Origin: Stylophora pistillata
Taxonomy: Eukaryota
DNA length: 62,014 bases
NCBI RefSeq assembly: GCF_002571385.2
Contig: NW_019217855.1
Location: 262,926-324,939, forward strand
Reading direction: 5' to 3'
In this document: positions 1 through 11,282 of the stretch, piece after piece
How the letters are laid out: the number at the start of each line of letters is the position of its first letter
Position numbering within the stretch: the stretch's first letter is position 1
Translations under genes and position numbers: made by a program
The notes under the pieces: generated by a model
What the model saw: the letters and a program-made list of their open reading frames with translations, nothing else
What the model was told of the DNA's origin: nothing
Databases searched by the model: none

Positions 1-400
1 TGTTGCTTTCGCTTGGTAAATATGACAAGGCCCGAGAGTATCAGGAGAAAGCACTCGCTATGCAAATAGAAATTGGCAATAAACAAGGAGTAGCAGCAAG
101 CTACGGAAACCTAGGAACATTGTTGCAGTCGCTTGGTAAATATGACAAGGCCCGAGAGTATCAGGAGAAAGCACTCGCTATCCGAATAGAAATTGGCAAT
201 AAAGAAGGAGAAGCAGCAAGCTACGGAAACGTAGCAACATTGTTCGAGTCGCTTGGTAAATATGACAAGGCCCAAGATTATCAAGAGAAAGCACTCGCTA
301 TTCAAATAGAAATTGGCGATAAAAGAGGAGAAGCAGCAAGCTACGAAATCTTGGGAGGGATTTTCTCAGCGCTTGGTGAATTTGACGAGGCTGAACGGTA
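1..400 (+). repeat. Coding tandem repeat, 120-nt unit, about 3 near-identical copies
   Basis: Lines starting at 1, 121 and 241 are nearly identical (gcttggtaaatatgacaaggccc...gcactcgcta); later copies diverge. Confidence 0.9.
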
Positions 401-2237
401 CCTAGGGACAGCATTACGGATTTTCAGTAGAATAAATGCCAGAAAAGGGAAGGCAAGCGTTTATGAACAGCTAACAGCTTTGTTTTTGTCGCGAGGTAAA
501 TATCGAAGGGCCGAGGACTATCTAGACAAAGCACGGGCAATTAGAATGGAAAGCGAAGACAGACCGGGGGAAGCATCAGGTTACAGCTACCTAGGAGCCA
601 TTTCCTTGCGTTGTGGTCTGTATGACAAGGCTGAAGAATATTTCAAGAAATCCCTTACAATCTTCACGGAAATGGGCGACAAAACGGGAGAAGCAATCTC
701 TTACGGACACATAGCAGCATGTTTTCGTTCGCTTGATAAATATGACGTAGCTGAAGATTACTACCAAAAGGCACTCTCTTTAAGCAGGAATATTGGACTC
801 AACCTGGAAGAGTTTCAGTTCCTTTGCGAGCTAACAGTGTTGAAGTTATTACAATGTGACCGCAAAGAAACCTTTTCTTATCTTTATCAGTGCATTGAAA
901 AATTCGATACTTTGCGTGGTTTTCTTAAAGACAGTGATCGATTCAAAATATCTCTTTTAGAGAGGTACGGTACCTTTCCCTACAAGTTGCTGAGTCATCT
1001 GCTTTCTGCCACCGGGATGCCACAAGATGCTCTTTATGTCGAAGAGCTGATGCGGGCAAGAGGCCTGGCCGATTTGATGGCAGCTCGATACTCTGCTAAA
1101 AAACAGATCTCAGGCAATCCGCATTCATGGTGTGATATTCAAAATATTATCACGAAGGAGTCTGACTGTATCTGTGTTTATACCTCGGTTGGTAAAGAAG
1201 ATGTACGGTTTTGGATTCAGAAAGCAATGGGAGTGGTTCTTTTCGCAGAAAAGAAAGTTAGCCTGGCCAAAAACGAGGTGACCGGATTAGTGCCTGGTTT
1301 AGATGAGTTTTTCAGAGAAAGCTTCTGTAACCCTGCCAACGATATCTCTGAAGAGAATCTTCTCTTGTTTTACAAGATAACCATCGCTCCCGTGGCCCAT
1401 CTACTGAAGGAACCTGAGATCATAATTGTCCCCGATTCTTGTATGTACCAAGTTCCATTTGGAGCCCTAACTGACCAAAAAGGAAAATTTTTATCATCGA
1501 CGTTCAGGATCCGCATCATTCCCTCTTTGACGACTTTGAAGTTGATCCAGGACAGTCCACCAGACTATCACAATCAGAGTGGAGTTCTGGTTGTGGGTGA
1601 CCCTAAGGTGGGCGTGGTGATGTACAAAGATAGACGCAAGGAAATAAGACCATTGCCATGCGCAAGAAAGGAGGCGGAGATGATTGGAAAACTCTTTGGT
1701 GTGATTCCTTTGATTGGAGACCACGCAAAAAAGCATACTGTACTGCAAAAAATAAACTCCGCGGGTCTAATACATTTTGCTGCTCATGGTTTTAGTGAAA
1801 GAGGAGAGATTGTTCTTTCCCCCGTGTGTACAACCAGCCGTGTTCCCCCCCGAGAAGAAGCTTACCTTTTGACGATGGAAGAAATTTCAAAAACCCAACT
1901 GCACGCTAAACTGGTGGTTCTAAGCTGTTGTCACAGTGCTCGTGGACAGATTAAAACCGAGGGAGTTATCGGAATCGCCCGAGCGTTTCTTGGATCCGGT
2001 GCTCGCTCAGTGTTGGCGGCACGCTGGGCCCTCGACGACGAAGCCACAGAGCAGTTCATGACTTGCTTCTACGAACACTTATTTCGCGGTGAAAGTGCCA
2101 GTGAATCTCTACACGAGGCCAGGAGGTGGATGAGAAATAATGGCTTTGACGAAGTTAAGCAATGGGCTCCGTTCATACTGATTGGCGACAACGTGACAAT
2201 TGATTTTAGAAATTGGCCAGTGTCATCTACACCCTGA
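3..2237 (+). CDS. TPR-repeat + CHAT (caspase/HetF-like peptidase) protein, TTC28-like; 5' end lies outside the window
   Basis: 744-aa open frame with no introns. N-terminal 40-aa TPR units (LGKYDKAREYQEKALAI..EIG.K.GEAASYGNL). C-terminal CHAT motifs IIIVPD, LVVGDP, LPCARKEAEMI, IHFAAHG, LVVLSCCHS, GIARAFLGSGARSVL, WAPFILIG. Confidence 0.9.
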   Translation: MLSLGKYDKAREYQEKALAMQIEIGNKQGVAASYGNLGTLLQSLGKYDKAREYQEKALAIRIEIGNKEGEAASYGNVATLFESLGKYDKAQDYQEKALAIQIEIGDKRGEAASYEILGGIFSALGEFDEAERYLGTALRIFSRINARKGKASVYEQLTALFLSRGKYRRAEDYLDKARAIRMESEDRPGEASGYSYLGAISLRCGLYDKAEEYFKKSLTIFTEMGDKTGEAISYGHIAACFRSLDKYDVAEDYYQKALSLSRNIGLNLEEFQFLCELTVLKLLQCDRKETFSYLYQCIEKFDTLRGFLKDSDRFKISLLERYGTFPYKLLSHLLSATGMPQDALYVEELMRARGLADLMAARYSAKKQISGNPHSWCDIQNIITKESDCICVYTSVGKEDVRFWIQKAMGVVLFAEKKVSLAKNEVTGLVPGLDEFFRESFCNPANDISEENLLLFYKITIAPVAHLLKEPEIIIVPDSCMYQVPFGALTDQKGKFLSSTFRIRIIPSLTTLKLIQDSPPDYHNQSGVLVVGDPKVGVVMYKDRRKEIRPLPCARKEAEMIGKLFGVIPLIGDHAKKHTVLQKINSAGLIHFAAHGFSERGEIVLSPVCTTSRVPPREEAYLLTMEEISKTQLHAKLVVLSCCHSARGQIKTEGVIGIARAFLGSGARSVLAARWALDDEATEQFMTCFYEHLFRGESASESLHEARRWMRNNGFDEVKQWAPFILIGDNVTIDFRNWPVSSTP

Positions 2238-3164
2238 GAGCCACGAGTAAAGTTGACTTACTCCATCGGAATGTAAAGGATTAACAAAGCTCCCACAAGT
2301 CAATTGTTCACCTGTTGTAGAAGGAAGCCATCTGCAAAGACAGGACTAATACATAGAGAAAGACATTTCTAACGAAAGGATCGTCGACATCGTGTAATGA
2401 TCTGGAACAGGACAGTTCATAATGAACTTTTTAAGAGATTTAAATAATCAACAATCCTCAAAAGCCTTCTTTTCCGAAAGCTGTTAGCTGGTCAAGCGAA
2501 ATAAGTTTTGATAATTAGCATTTTTTCCCAAAACGATTGGTCACTCAGGCTAAACCAATTTCAAATAATTTTTCTGCAAGTAATAATTAGTAAAACCAAG
2601 AAAAATTTTCCAGTTTTTCAAACAACTCTCCATTTTTCCTTCTGTATATAGTCCGAAAGATGTTTTTCAAGGCTACAACTACTTGAACATTCTAGTAAAA
2701 TTCTATGATCACTTGTATAAAAAAAGACGTTTGCTAGCAGTGAGATTTAGCTATTTAAGGTTTTCATTGTATCTATATTTTCCCCTTTTTTTTTTTTGCA
2801 AGGAAATATATAAGACTGTTAATGAAAGTTTTATAGTGCGTCTTGCACTCCCCTTTTGTCGGCTGGTAACGCTTAGTTTTTTAATCGAAATTTACTCCTC
2901 GAGTAATTATTTTAAATCCAATGGCCGATATAGAGTTTATAATAAGAAAAAATTTGCAACAAAGTCATTACAGTAGTTTACCAATCTAAAAGACAGCTAT
3001 CTTACAACTTTTGTTCTTTTTTTATCTTGTCAAATACACGTGCAAGTTAGTCAAGAAGATTCCTTACTATCGATTCGCTCTGGAGTCCTACTGTTTACTC
3101 TGTGATGGAAGCTGCTCAAAGAAATTGCATTCACGAATCGTTGTCAAGACTGTTAACAGAGGGA

Positions 3165-3319
3165 TAAAGGCTGATAGTTTCGAAAGAAACTGTTTGGGGC
3201 TGCGTCGGTGGGAGTAACGAAATAATTTGGATATATCAACAAAGTTGAAATGGTAAATTGGCCACCGTAATGATTACAAAAGCTGACGTTTCGAGCGTTA
3301 GCCCTTCGTCGGAGCGAAA
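3165..3319 (-). mobile_element. Penelope-like terminal-repeat fragment (family A) with minimal hammerhead motif
   Basis: Reverse complement of 61805-61958; minus strand reads GCT-CCGACGA-AGGGCTAACGCTC-GAAACGTC-AGC at 3282-3315; flanked by direct repeat CTGTTAACAGAGGGA (3150-3164, 3335-3349). Confidence 0.75.
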
Positions 3320-5568
3320 AGAGTCGGAGTCCCTCTGTTAACAGAGGGACTCAGCAGTCATATAATTTGATGAAGCGCAAACATGTATCACTCTATAAGT
3401 TTTTCTTAAAAAAATGTTCTATGGCTTAAGATTCTTATTACGAGCGGTAAAATATACGTACTGCAATTTCAATTGGGCTTTGATAGATTTCTGTTAGATC
3501 GAACAGACCATTACTTTTGTTCTAATCAATAAGATGCTTTCATTAAAAGTAATTATCATATGGCAGAGTAGTCCTAAAGGGAATCCTAGCGTTTTGATTG
3601 GTTCCAACTTGTTCGGGGTTTTACCTATTTACCCACGGAAACGGTCAAAACCCGCGTATTTTAGAATAAACACCTTCGGTCCGAGTTCCATATAGTTATC
3701 TACTTACCATCCTTACTTGCTCGCGTCTTGTTGCTGCACTCGGTCCGCACTGTCACTTGCCCGGGCCAAGTTCCAGTACGGCCCTAGCATCCAATTAGTA
3801 AGAAGTTTTTATTTTTCATATGTGGTCCTACTATTTCTTCTGGAGAATTAGTTGGACTCTTTTCGATTCTTCGCACACTTAGCACTAGCTTAGGCAGCTC
3901 TTTTTATAAAATTATCTCTGCTAGCATGATAAGCGTATTTTAAGATTTCGGAGGGGAACACGACCAGATTCATGACTTGTTTGGTCTCCAAGATTTATTA
4001 TTTTCTAGTTCGGTCTTTTTGTTCAGTTTATTTTTAATTTTATAATGTCAAGAAGGTTACAGCAGTTATGAGTCATTCGTCGTCTAGCGTGAGGACTGAG
4101 CTGCTCTGGGCACACCAGAAGTAAAGACTGCGTCAGTCCCAATTCCCGCTTCCACAGGTAACAAAATGGTATAGAAGAGAAACGTGACGCTAACATCGTA
4201 CATTTTGATACAGTAATTTATTTCTTTTAGTCTGAAATAATTTGAAGTGGTTAATTGTGTTTTATCAGGGCATGTACGTAAGTCAAAGTAACTTGTCTGA
4301 GAGAAGGTGCCACTCTTACAGTCCCATTCCAGGGATTTGACAGAAAAATTCAAAATGTTTGGAGTTTGCGATTTTATTCCTGAACTGGGTAAATGGCTCA
4401 CGATCTTTCTCACTCTTTTTCATTTACCTCGAGCTCTCCGACCGCGTGACCAAAAGAGACTAGGACTCTGGGAACGAGAATGTTGTTGATCGCGTGTTTA
4501 ATCATGGGCATCAAGGATGCATAGTGCAGTTTATAGAGCAAGTTCCTGTGTCGTTAGTGAAGGGTTAAAGTATTTAGCTATTTGCTTAATTTTTCAGAAA
4601 AACTTAAGTTCAATTCTTTAAAGTGCGAAGAACGTTTTCCCTAGCGTCCTTGTCGAGATTAATTATAAGACTAATTATGGTTTACCGTCTACAATTAAAC
4701 GTGCACCGATATCGTTTAGATCATATTAAGTATCTGTTACTACATTCCTCATTCTATATCACATACAATGGGGCACTTAAGTGACCCCCAATGATGGCTA
4801 AAACGTCATTTTTATGATTCTATTTGTAACGGCAATTTTACGACCAACCTTCTGTTTGGCAAGATATTGATACAGGAAATTCACATCTTGTAGATAATTA
4901 TACCACAGTTTTTTTTTAACCTAAAGAAATAGAAAGGAACCTTTCATTTGCGTGATCTCGCTCCGTACTCAAAACCTACCGTCAGAGCAGGTTTTCCTAT
5001 ATGATAACCTTACGTCTATGGAATCGCGTGAGTTTTAAGGGTGCCCGACAGCTAAAAATAATCTGAAAAAGTGATAGTTCTGCATTAAGCTCGGAAGCAT
5101 TTGGACCGCTGGTTTCCCCGTGTCTTTGAGCTTTCTCTCTGAATTTTGTAAATGATTAAAAAGTAATATTGTCTGATATCATTGTGACTAAAACCTAAGT
5201 TTTGTAAATGAGGCAATTATGCAGATAAAATATTGCGCTTCGTCAAGTATCAATCTCTCACGACTTTTACGTTTTTATTGAATATGAAAATAATGTTTCT
5301 GTTTGGAATATAGTTCTAACGAATTGATTGTTTTACTTATTTCTGTAGACTTCATGACTCTCTTAGAATTAACGCCACTTGAAATGATGAAAAACCTTTT
5401 CTTTGAAACGCATTTTTCCCCAGGGATTCAATATTACAACGCCATAGCTCCCAATAATATCAAATATGCGGTATTGAGGAGCTGAATTTATTCATAAAAA
5501 AACATGCATTGATAAACTTTGTATCATTTGGAGAGTTAGTCTGGCTGACGAAGGAAAACAATTCCAGG

Positions 5569-8500
5569 ATGTGGTTCTTAGTGGGTGCCTTATTGGCTTG
5601 CTTTGCTCTCAGTGCAAATAGCCAAAACTATACGATGTCCTTTGACGATGGAAATTTTAACGTGTCGTGGACGCACAACAGAACTACAGAAGAGTTGGAG
5701 TTTGAAGTTCTTGTCAACGCAACAGGTTATGTCTCCTTTGGGTTCACCTTTACACCAGAAGACATGCAGAACTATTCTATTGTAGTAGGAGGCACAAATA
5801 GTTCCGGACACAATTATTTCAATGTAAGTTGTTGTTTTTTTTTCTTAGATCTGTACATGATTTGTCCCTAGATGCTCTACTTAGTGAACCCGGGAGAACT
5901 CGTTAGTGAGATAGGCGGTGTATTTTACAGGCTCAATGTAGTCCATAGCGCTGCCACATACTGCTAAGATCATCAGTTGTGTCGATCCTTTTTTCCCTTA
6001 CGAGTTTGACAAGCTTACTATTAGGTAGAGAGGACCAAACATCTGATCACTGAATTATTTTATGGGAAAGGGTGCACGACTAAAATAGGGATCGTAAGCA
6101 AACCACGGCGGCGACTGCAACGAGAACATAACTAAACAAAATATATAATGGCAGAACAATGGCTCAGCTCGTGCGTCTTAAAACTTTGCACTTTTCTTAG
6201 CTGTCTACTGCAAACAACAACGTAAAATCACCAAAACTTGCGAGATCTGAGAACGGAAATTCCGATAGAAAATTATTTAAGTTTCCATTTGGAACTCAAC
6301 GCTACTCACATACATTATGCTGAGGTTTAGGTGTGGCGCAATAAAAAACAGTTAACACAACCATTAATTCCCAAAATTCTAACTCAAAATATAGGTTCAC
6401 TTTTCAATTGACTTCCTCCCCGGCATTGCCTTCCTGATTGCTCAAGCTCCCTATTAAGTTCTCTTTCTCTAAACATAGGTCTTCGTGGGTTAATTGGTTG
6501 TAGCTGGAACACAACAGATTAAGATCGAGCTCAGCTGATTTCTGTTTACAGGCTTTATCCTCTGTAATATCGTTCTTTTTGCATCTTTCCTGTTAGGACC
6601 AATTTCTGAAGAAATCCAGTGCCCACTTTCTTGTTAAAGTTACGATTTTTCTAACCAGCACCAATAACTTACTCGAAATCGTGGTGGAAAACACCTGGGA
6701 CAAGGCCCGTTTGTCTCAACAAATTCGTTTTTCAATCCCGATCTGTTGGTTTTGTACAGTCAGCGTTAGCTTCAAGATTTTAACTTGCGATTTGTGTAGG
6801 TTACAATTTTTGGTCCTGATTCAAATGCTTATCCGATGTAAAGTAAATAAGGCGTGGACCGAATGTAATGCTTTATTTGATATTCAAATTTTCTTTGTAT
6901 TGCAGTCATGTTCGTCATGGTTGTTATTCAAAATAAGTACCGATATTTTTCAAACTCATTCAGGTGTAAATGTTAATTGCTTGGAAAGCCCGGGACGCAG
7001 GATCTCACTCGATTCTTTTTTTCTTTTTTCTTTTTAATCACACTTGCGTCTCTCGCCCTGGCATTCACGCATTCTAGCCCGTAATCAGCTCATCAGCGGA
7101 TATTGGCCACAAGATATGAATTAGATCACGGAAACATTGTGATGTGAACTATTTTCAGACTCAAAACAATAATTGTATTGTATGAGGGGTATCTCCTAAC
7201 ATAAATATTCACTTCCGGTAGCCATTTTTGGAGAAGAGTCTCTTGAGATTTTTATGACATTTTGTGAATTTTAAATACTTTTAACCGTAAAGTGTTTGTG
7301 GAATGTAGAGTGTAACATCCGATGTGCAAAATTAATAATTTTCACCTACAAACTCTAGAGTTACCACACCAGCGGCCTCAGGAAACCTACCCTGGATGCG
7401 GATCCGCAAATTTACACGTTGGACAGTGCTGCAGAAGAAAACGGCACCACAACTCTACGCTTCCGACGTCCGCTGGAGACAAGCGATAGTAGAGACATCC
7501 AGTTCAACGTAAGTCTCTTAGCTGAAGGTGCATTTCAAACAGAGCATCTTTTGATTGAGTGTCGAAGAACCAAACGTTAAGTAACCTGAGTAGCAGGCCT
7601 TCCAAGGGATTGGGGAGTGGGTCCGAGCGAAGAAGGAAGGTGGCGCCAGATTTGCAGACCAACCATAGCGCAGATTCATGATGAAACAAATGCAATCCAA
7701 TTCTGGATGACAGAGCTGAACAACGTATACGCATGCGTTAGGTTTTGCCGCGGAGGCACGGACTTTGAGTCGTTCGCATGGTTGATTTCCTATTCTGTTG
7801 CTTCGAGGCATCGTTTTCCTTGCTGCCTTTCTTTTACAGAACAACCTCCAAATAGTTGGTACACCCCCTAAAAATTTTCAAAAATTAATTTCTCCTTAAA
7901 ACCTCTGGAAATAGGAAAGTGCCTTCGACGAAAACAGAGTTCCTCGGTTTTAAAAGTCAGCCCGTATCATTTTCCGCTAATTTCGCTAAATTTTAGACCA
8001 AGGACACTTGAGCCCGCGTTGTTGACCGCATATCTTCTGACGTAGCTTTTCATTATTCAGCTCTCTCATTCTGGATTTATTTTGATGCACAGCTAAAAAC
8101 TACTTTATTTCTTGAAGTGAATTAATTAACTGCAACTCAGTAATTGGTAGTGTGTATTTGCGCTTTTTGAGTTTCTTTCTCGTTGAACTATCCAAGGAAT
8201 AACCCTTTAAAACTGAATAAGCCGCTACGTACGTTTATTTATTCTGTTTGATGTTAGTCTGTGAAGTGTCTTGCGAACCAGGAGAATATGATATTTATGA
8301 TGGTTTTTTCTGCGCGTTGCAAAATTGTTTATTAGTTTAAGGAAACCACAAAATATTGGTCTGGTAAGATAGAAATACAATAAAGAGACGGTTATTTATG
8401 AAGAAAAAATAGGGATGGGTAAGCACGGAGGAGATTAGAACGGATTGAAAAAAACTTGCAAAATGTACTTTAGCTTTTACATATATCACAAATGATTCAG

Positions 8501-8783
8501 TAACATGGCTCTTTCCAAAAGTCTTATTTTTACGTTGCAGGAGACCACTCGTGTGTTCCTTGTGTGGGCCTATCACAAAAATTCGGATGCAGATAACGTC
8601 CTTATGTACCATACGAACAGAAATTACACAGAAGAAGCTGTGCAAGTTGTCTTTCCACCACTGGAAATGACGTCAACACCTCCGGCCCCCATGACAAGGG
8701 ATCGTCCAACCGCGGGATCCTCTTCAGTTCAAGTGGTTGTCGGTGGTTTCGCACTCTCTGTCTTAGCAACACTTATGTTTTGA
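5569..8783 (+). CDS. DOMON-domain protein (DBH/MOXD1-type DOMON), signal peptide and hydrophobic C-terminus, about 215 aa
   Basis: Exons 5569-5823, 7359-7508, 8541-8783, all GT-AG and in frame. MWFLVGALLACFALS signal; DOMON motifs FNVSW, ATGYVSFGF, M..YSIVVGG, EENGTTTLRFRRPLETSDSRD, VFLVWAY, MYH; Thr/Pro stalk then hydrophobic tail. Confidence 0.88.
6086..6453. mobile_element. MITE with terminal inverted repeats
   Basis: Ends tagggatcgtaagcaa ... ttgctcaagctcccta; non-coding interior; in DOMON gene intron 1. Confidence 0.6.
7705..8046. repeat. Dispersed repeat of about 330 bp; inverted copy at 32220-32540
   Basis: Blocks such as acctctggaaataggaaagt and ttagaccaaggac...gagcccgc.ttgttgaccgc match the reverse complement at 32220-32540. 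Confidence 0.8.
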
Positions 8784-9072
8784 AGTAGCTCTGGGTTACC
8801 GTCAAAAAAGAAAAGAAAACAAAATACAGCAGTTTTACACGCACCTGCCCGAACAAGAACAGCAAACTCTCTGCTTTTTGCAACAAGTCAGAGAAGCAAT
8901 ATTAGTCTTATTCAACGACATACCGTGCTCATTTCGCCACCTGATTGTTTAATCCCTAATCACTGTTCTGATTGGTTCATCATTTGTCTCTTATGCATAT
9001 CTTGTTCCACTCTTTAATAGCTTTTTTATGAGTGTTGAAGTGGGTACATTTCTATTCCGGGTGGCCCAATGG

Positions 9073-9172
9073 TAGTCTCCTTCGCAGCCGTTTTTCGGGA
9101 TGTCACGCAACGCTCCTCCCCCTTCGGGGGAGCGTTGCGTGACATCTCGAAAGACGACTGGGAAGGAGACTA
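9073..9172. mobile_element. 100-bp palindromic MITE with 9-bp target-site duplication
   Basis: tagtctccttc...gaaggagacta forms a near-perfect hairpin; GCCCAATGG on both sides (9064-9072, 9173-9181). Confidence 0.85.
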
Positions 9173-9604
9173 GCCCAATGGCTGATCAAGGGCCGGAAAA
9201 AAGGGTCACCGAATCTTTGCTTTATGCGCTCATTAACTGTCGTCGAGGAGTTGCGAGAAAAAGAATCGAAGCTTCATTTGTTCTGTAGGCTCAGTACAAC
9301 AAACACCCTATAATGGTTCTCAGATCCTTTCATCTTAAGATTTGGAGTGGACCTGGACACTGGCCATCAATTAACACTTACTTTTTAGGAGAATATACTC
9401 TTTTCGTGTTTTGGATGATAACGCTAAGTCTAAATAATTGGACCGATTTAGTTTCCATGGCAGATTTGAAATTGGGTAGACATGCCCAGTTTTAGTTCTT
9501 TTCTAAGAAATAAAAGATCAAAAACTTCCTATCAAACCTTTTACTGCTGACCTACCAAAAAAAATGAGTACCATCCAAACATTTCAAGGTCATGTTTTGT
9601 TCAG

Positions 9605-9808
9605 TTAACCATTTACCCCCCTTAACATCAGTATGCATATTCTCCATACTGTTCTCTATACATTTCTTGAGGTGCTCACAAGGAGAATTTGTGCAACAAC
9701 CTTTTTGGTGATCATTTCCTTTATTCTCGACACATAACTGTCTGGTTCAGGGGTAAGACGGTTGGGAGAATTTAGATAATAGACACTCTTAGGAGTCAAA
9801 AGGGTTAA
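9605..9808. mobile_element. piggyBac-like MITE (TTAA ends)
   Basis: TTAACCATTT ... AAAGGGTTAA; related to 21426-21616 and 37873-38083 (inverted). Confidence 0.65.
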
Positions 9809-11282
9809 CCACTCCACAAAACTTATGAATGGAATAAAAATTCAATGTGTTTGACCTTCTGTTCTTGGTACTAAAGTTGTTTAGCTCCCTGAAAAGGAAG
9901 TTATGTTTCCACAGTGAAAAGCAACACATGCCCTGTTGCTAGTCCTATACAGAGGTTTTATTATCTTCAGCATCATTATTTAAGGGCTGGTTGGCACAAG
10001 AAATGCACAAATGCAGCAGAAAGAATTAAGATCAGTTGATGTAAATGTACCAAATAAGTAGACATACAAGTTGCCTACCAAAAAACAATCATTGAGAGTA
10101 TTAACAAGAATGCCTGATGGAGAAGTAAAGTTAGGCAGTACAGTATATATTTTGTGGAATTTTGGATTTTCTATCAAAATAAGTTACTTTACAATATAAG
10201 AGATTTTGATGCTGGTTTTCAGTGATGATGGAGTTATAGTTGAAGTAATTGTCATCGGGTGGAGTACACTTCCTCAGTCTTGTAAAACTTGAAATGATCA
10301 GAGTTCTAGTGGAAAGCATTTGAATCCACCTGAATCACTTGCAATGAAGTGAAGCGTTATTTTTTGACGTTTTTAATGAAAGCCAGAGGCTGAACCAATC
10401 ATTAGCAGTTGTCAACATTAGAGCATTATGATTGGTGCTTTGAGGTATTCTTTGAACTCTTTACAATCCCAACACTACTGGTTTCACTGGATCCCTAGAA
10501 ACAGGCACTTTACACTCAAAACAGTAAAGCTTTGCACCTCTGATTACATCTACAACTAAAGATTAAATAAAAAATCTAGAGATTGTTCGTCAAATCGTAT
10601 TGGGGTATATCTTACTTATCGCCTTTGGTTTAGTCAAATAATCAAGAACAAAAAAAAGAGAATGAATTAAGGACCTGTCATTAGTTATCACCTGGAGGTA
10701 TGGGGTGGGTGGAAGGATTTCTTTGGGGGAACACAATTTTAGGGGGGTACAGAGGGGGCATCAGTTGTAGCTAACAGAGGTTAACAGGAAACTATAGAAA
10801 ATTGACTGCCAATGACAGGGACCATTAGATTACTACAGGTCTTATGGGAAGATCAGGTAAATTTTATTGTGACACGATTAAAATCCTCCGTCCCACCAGA
10901 CAATAAATAATGACTCATTCCTTAAGAAACAATGGGATTAGAGAGTGTACTTTGACAGATCTCCCTGAATAGTTACAGCCATTACAACCCTCCCAAACCT
11001 TCTACAGAGAAGCTTTAACAAAACTAACATAGACTAAGGTGAACTTTAGCTGTTTTTTAGTATAAGTTAGTTGAACTGTACATTGTGAAACTTCCTAAAA
11101 TAACAGACATGATTGTTCCTTCCAATTCACAACAACAGCTGTGGTATTAACGCAGTTACGGATGAATTCTTGCTCCACTCCACATTGTTGTTTACAAACG
11201 GAGAAAAAATAAATCCAATTTCTGCCAGTCACTGTTAACCTACACGTCTGCTAGCGAAGTATTTTATATTTTTCTTTATTCA

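Noticed and set aside
3-2237. Bacterial contamination or recent horizontal transfer of TPR-CHAT; inclusion in the synteny block
   Set aside because: Composition and flanking repeats match the host and motifs are TTC28-like; orthology to TTC28 is not established, so linkage is not claimed.
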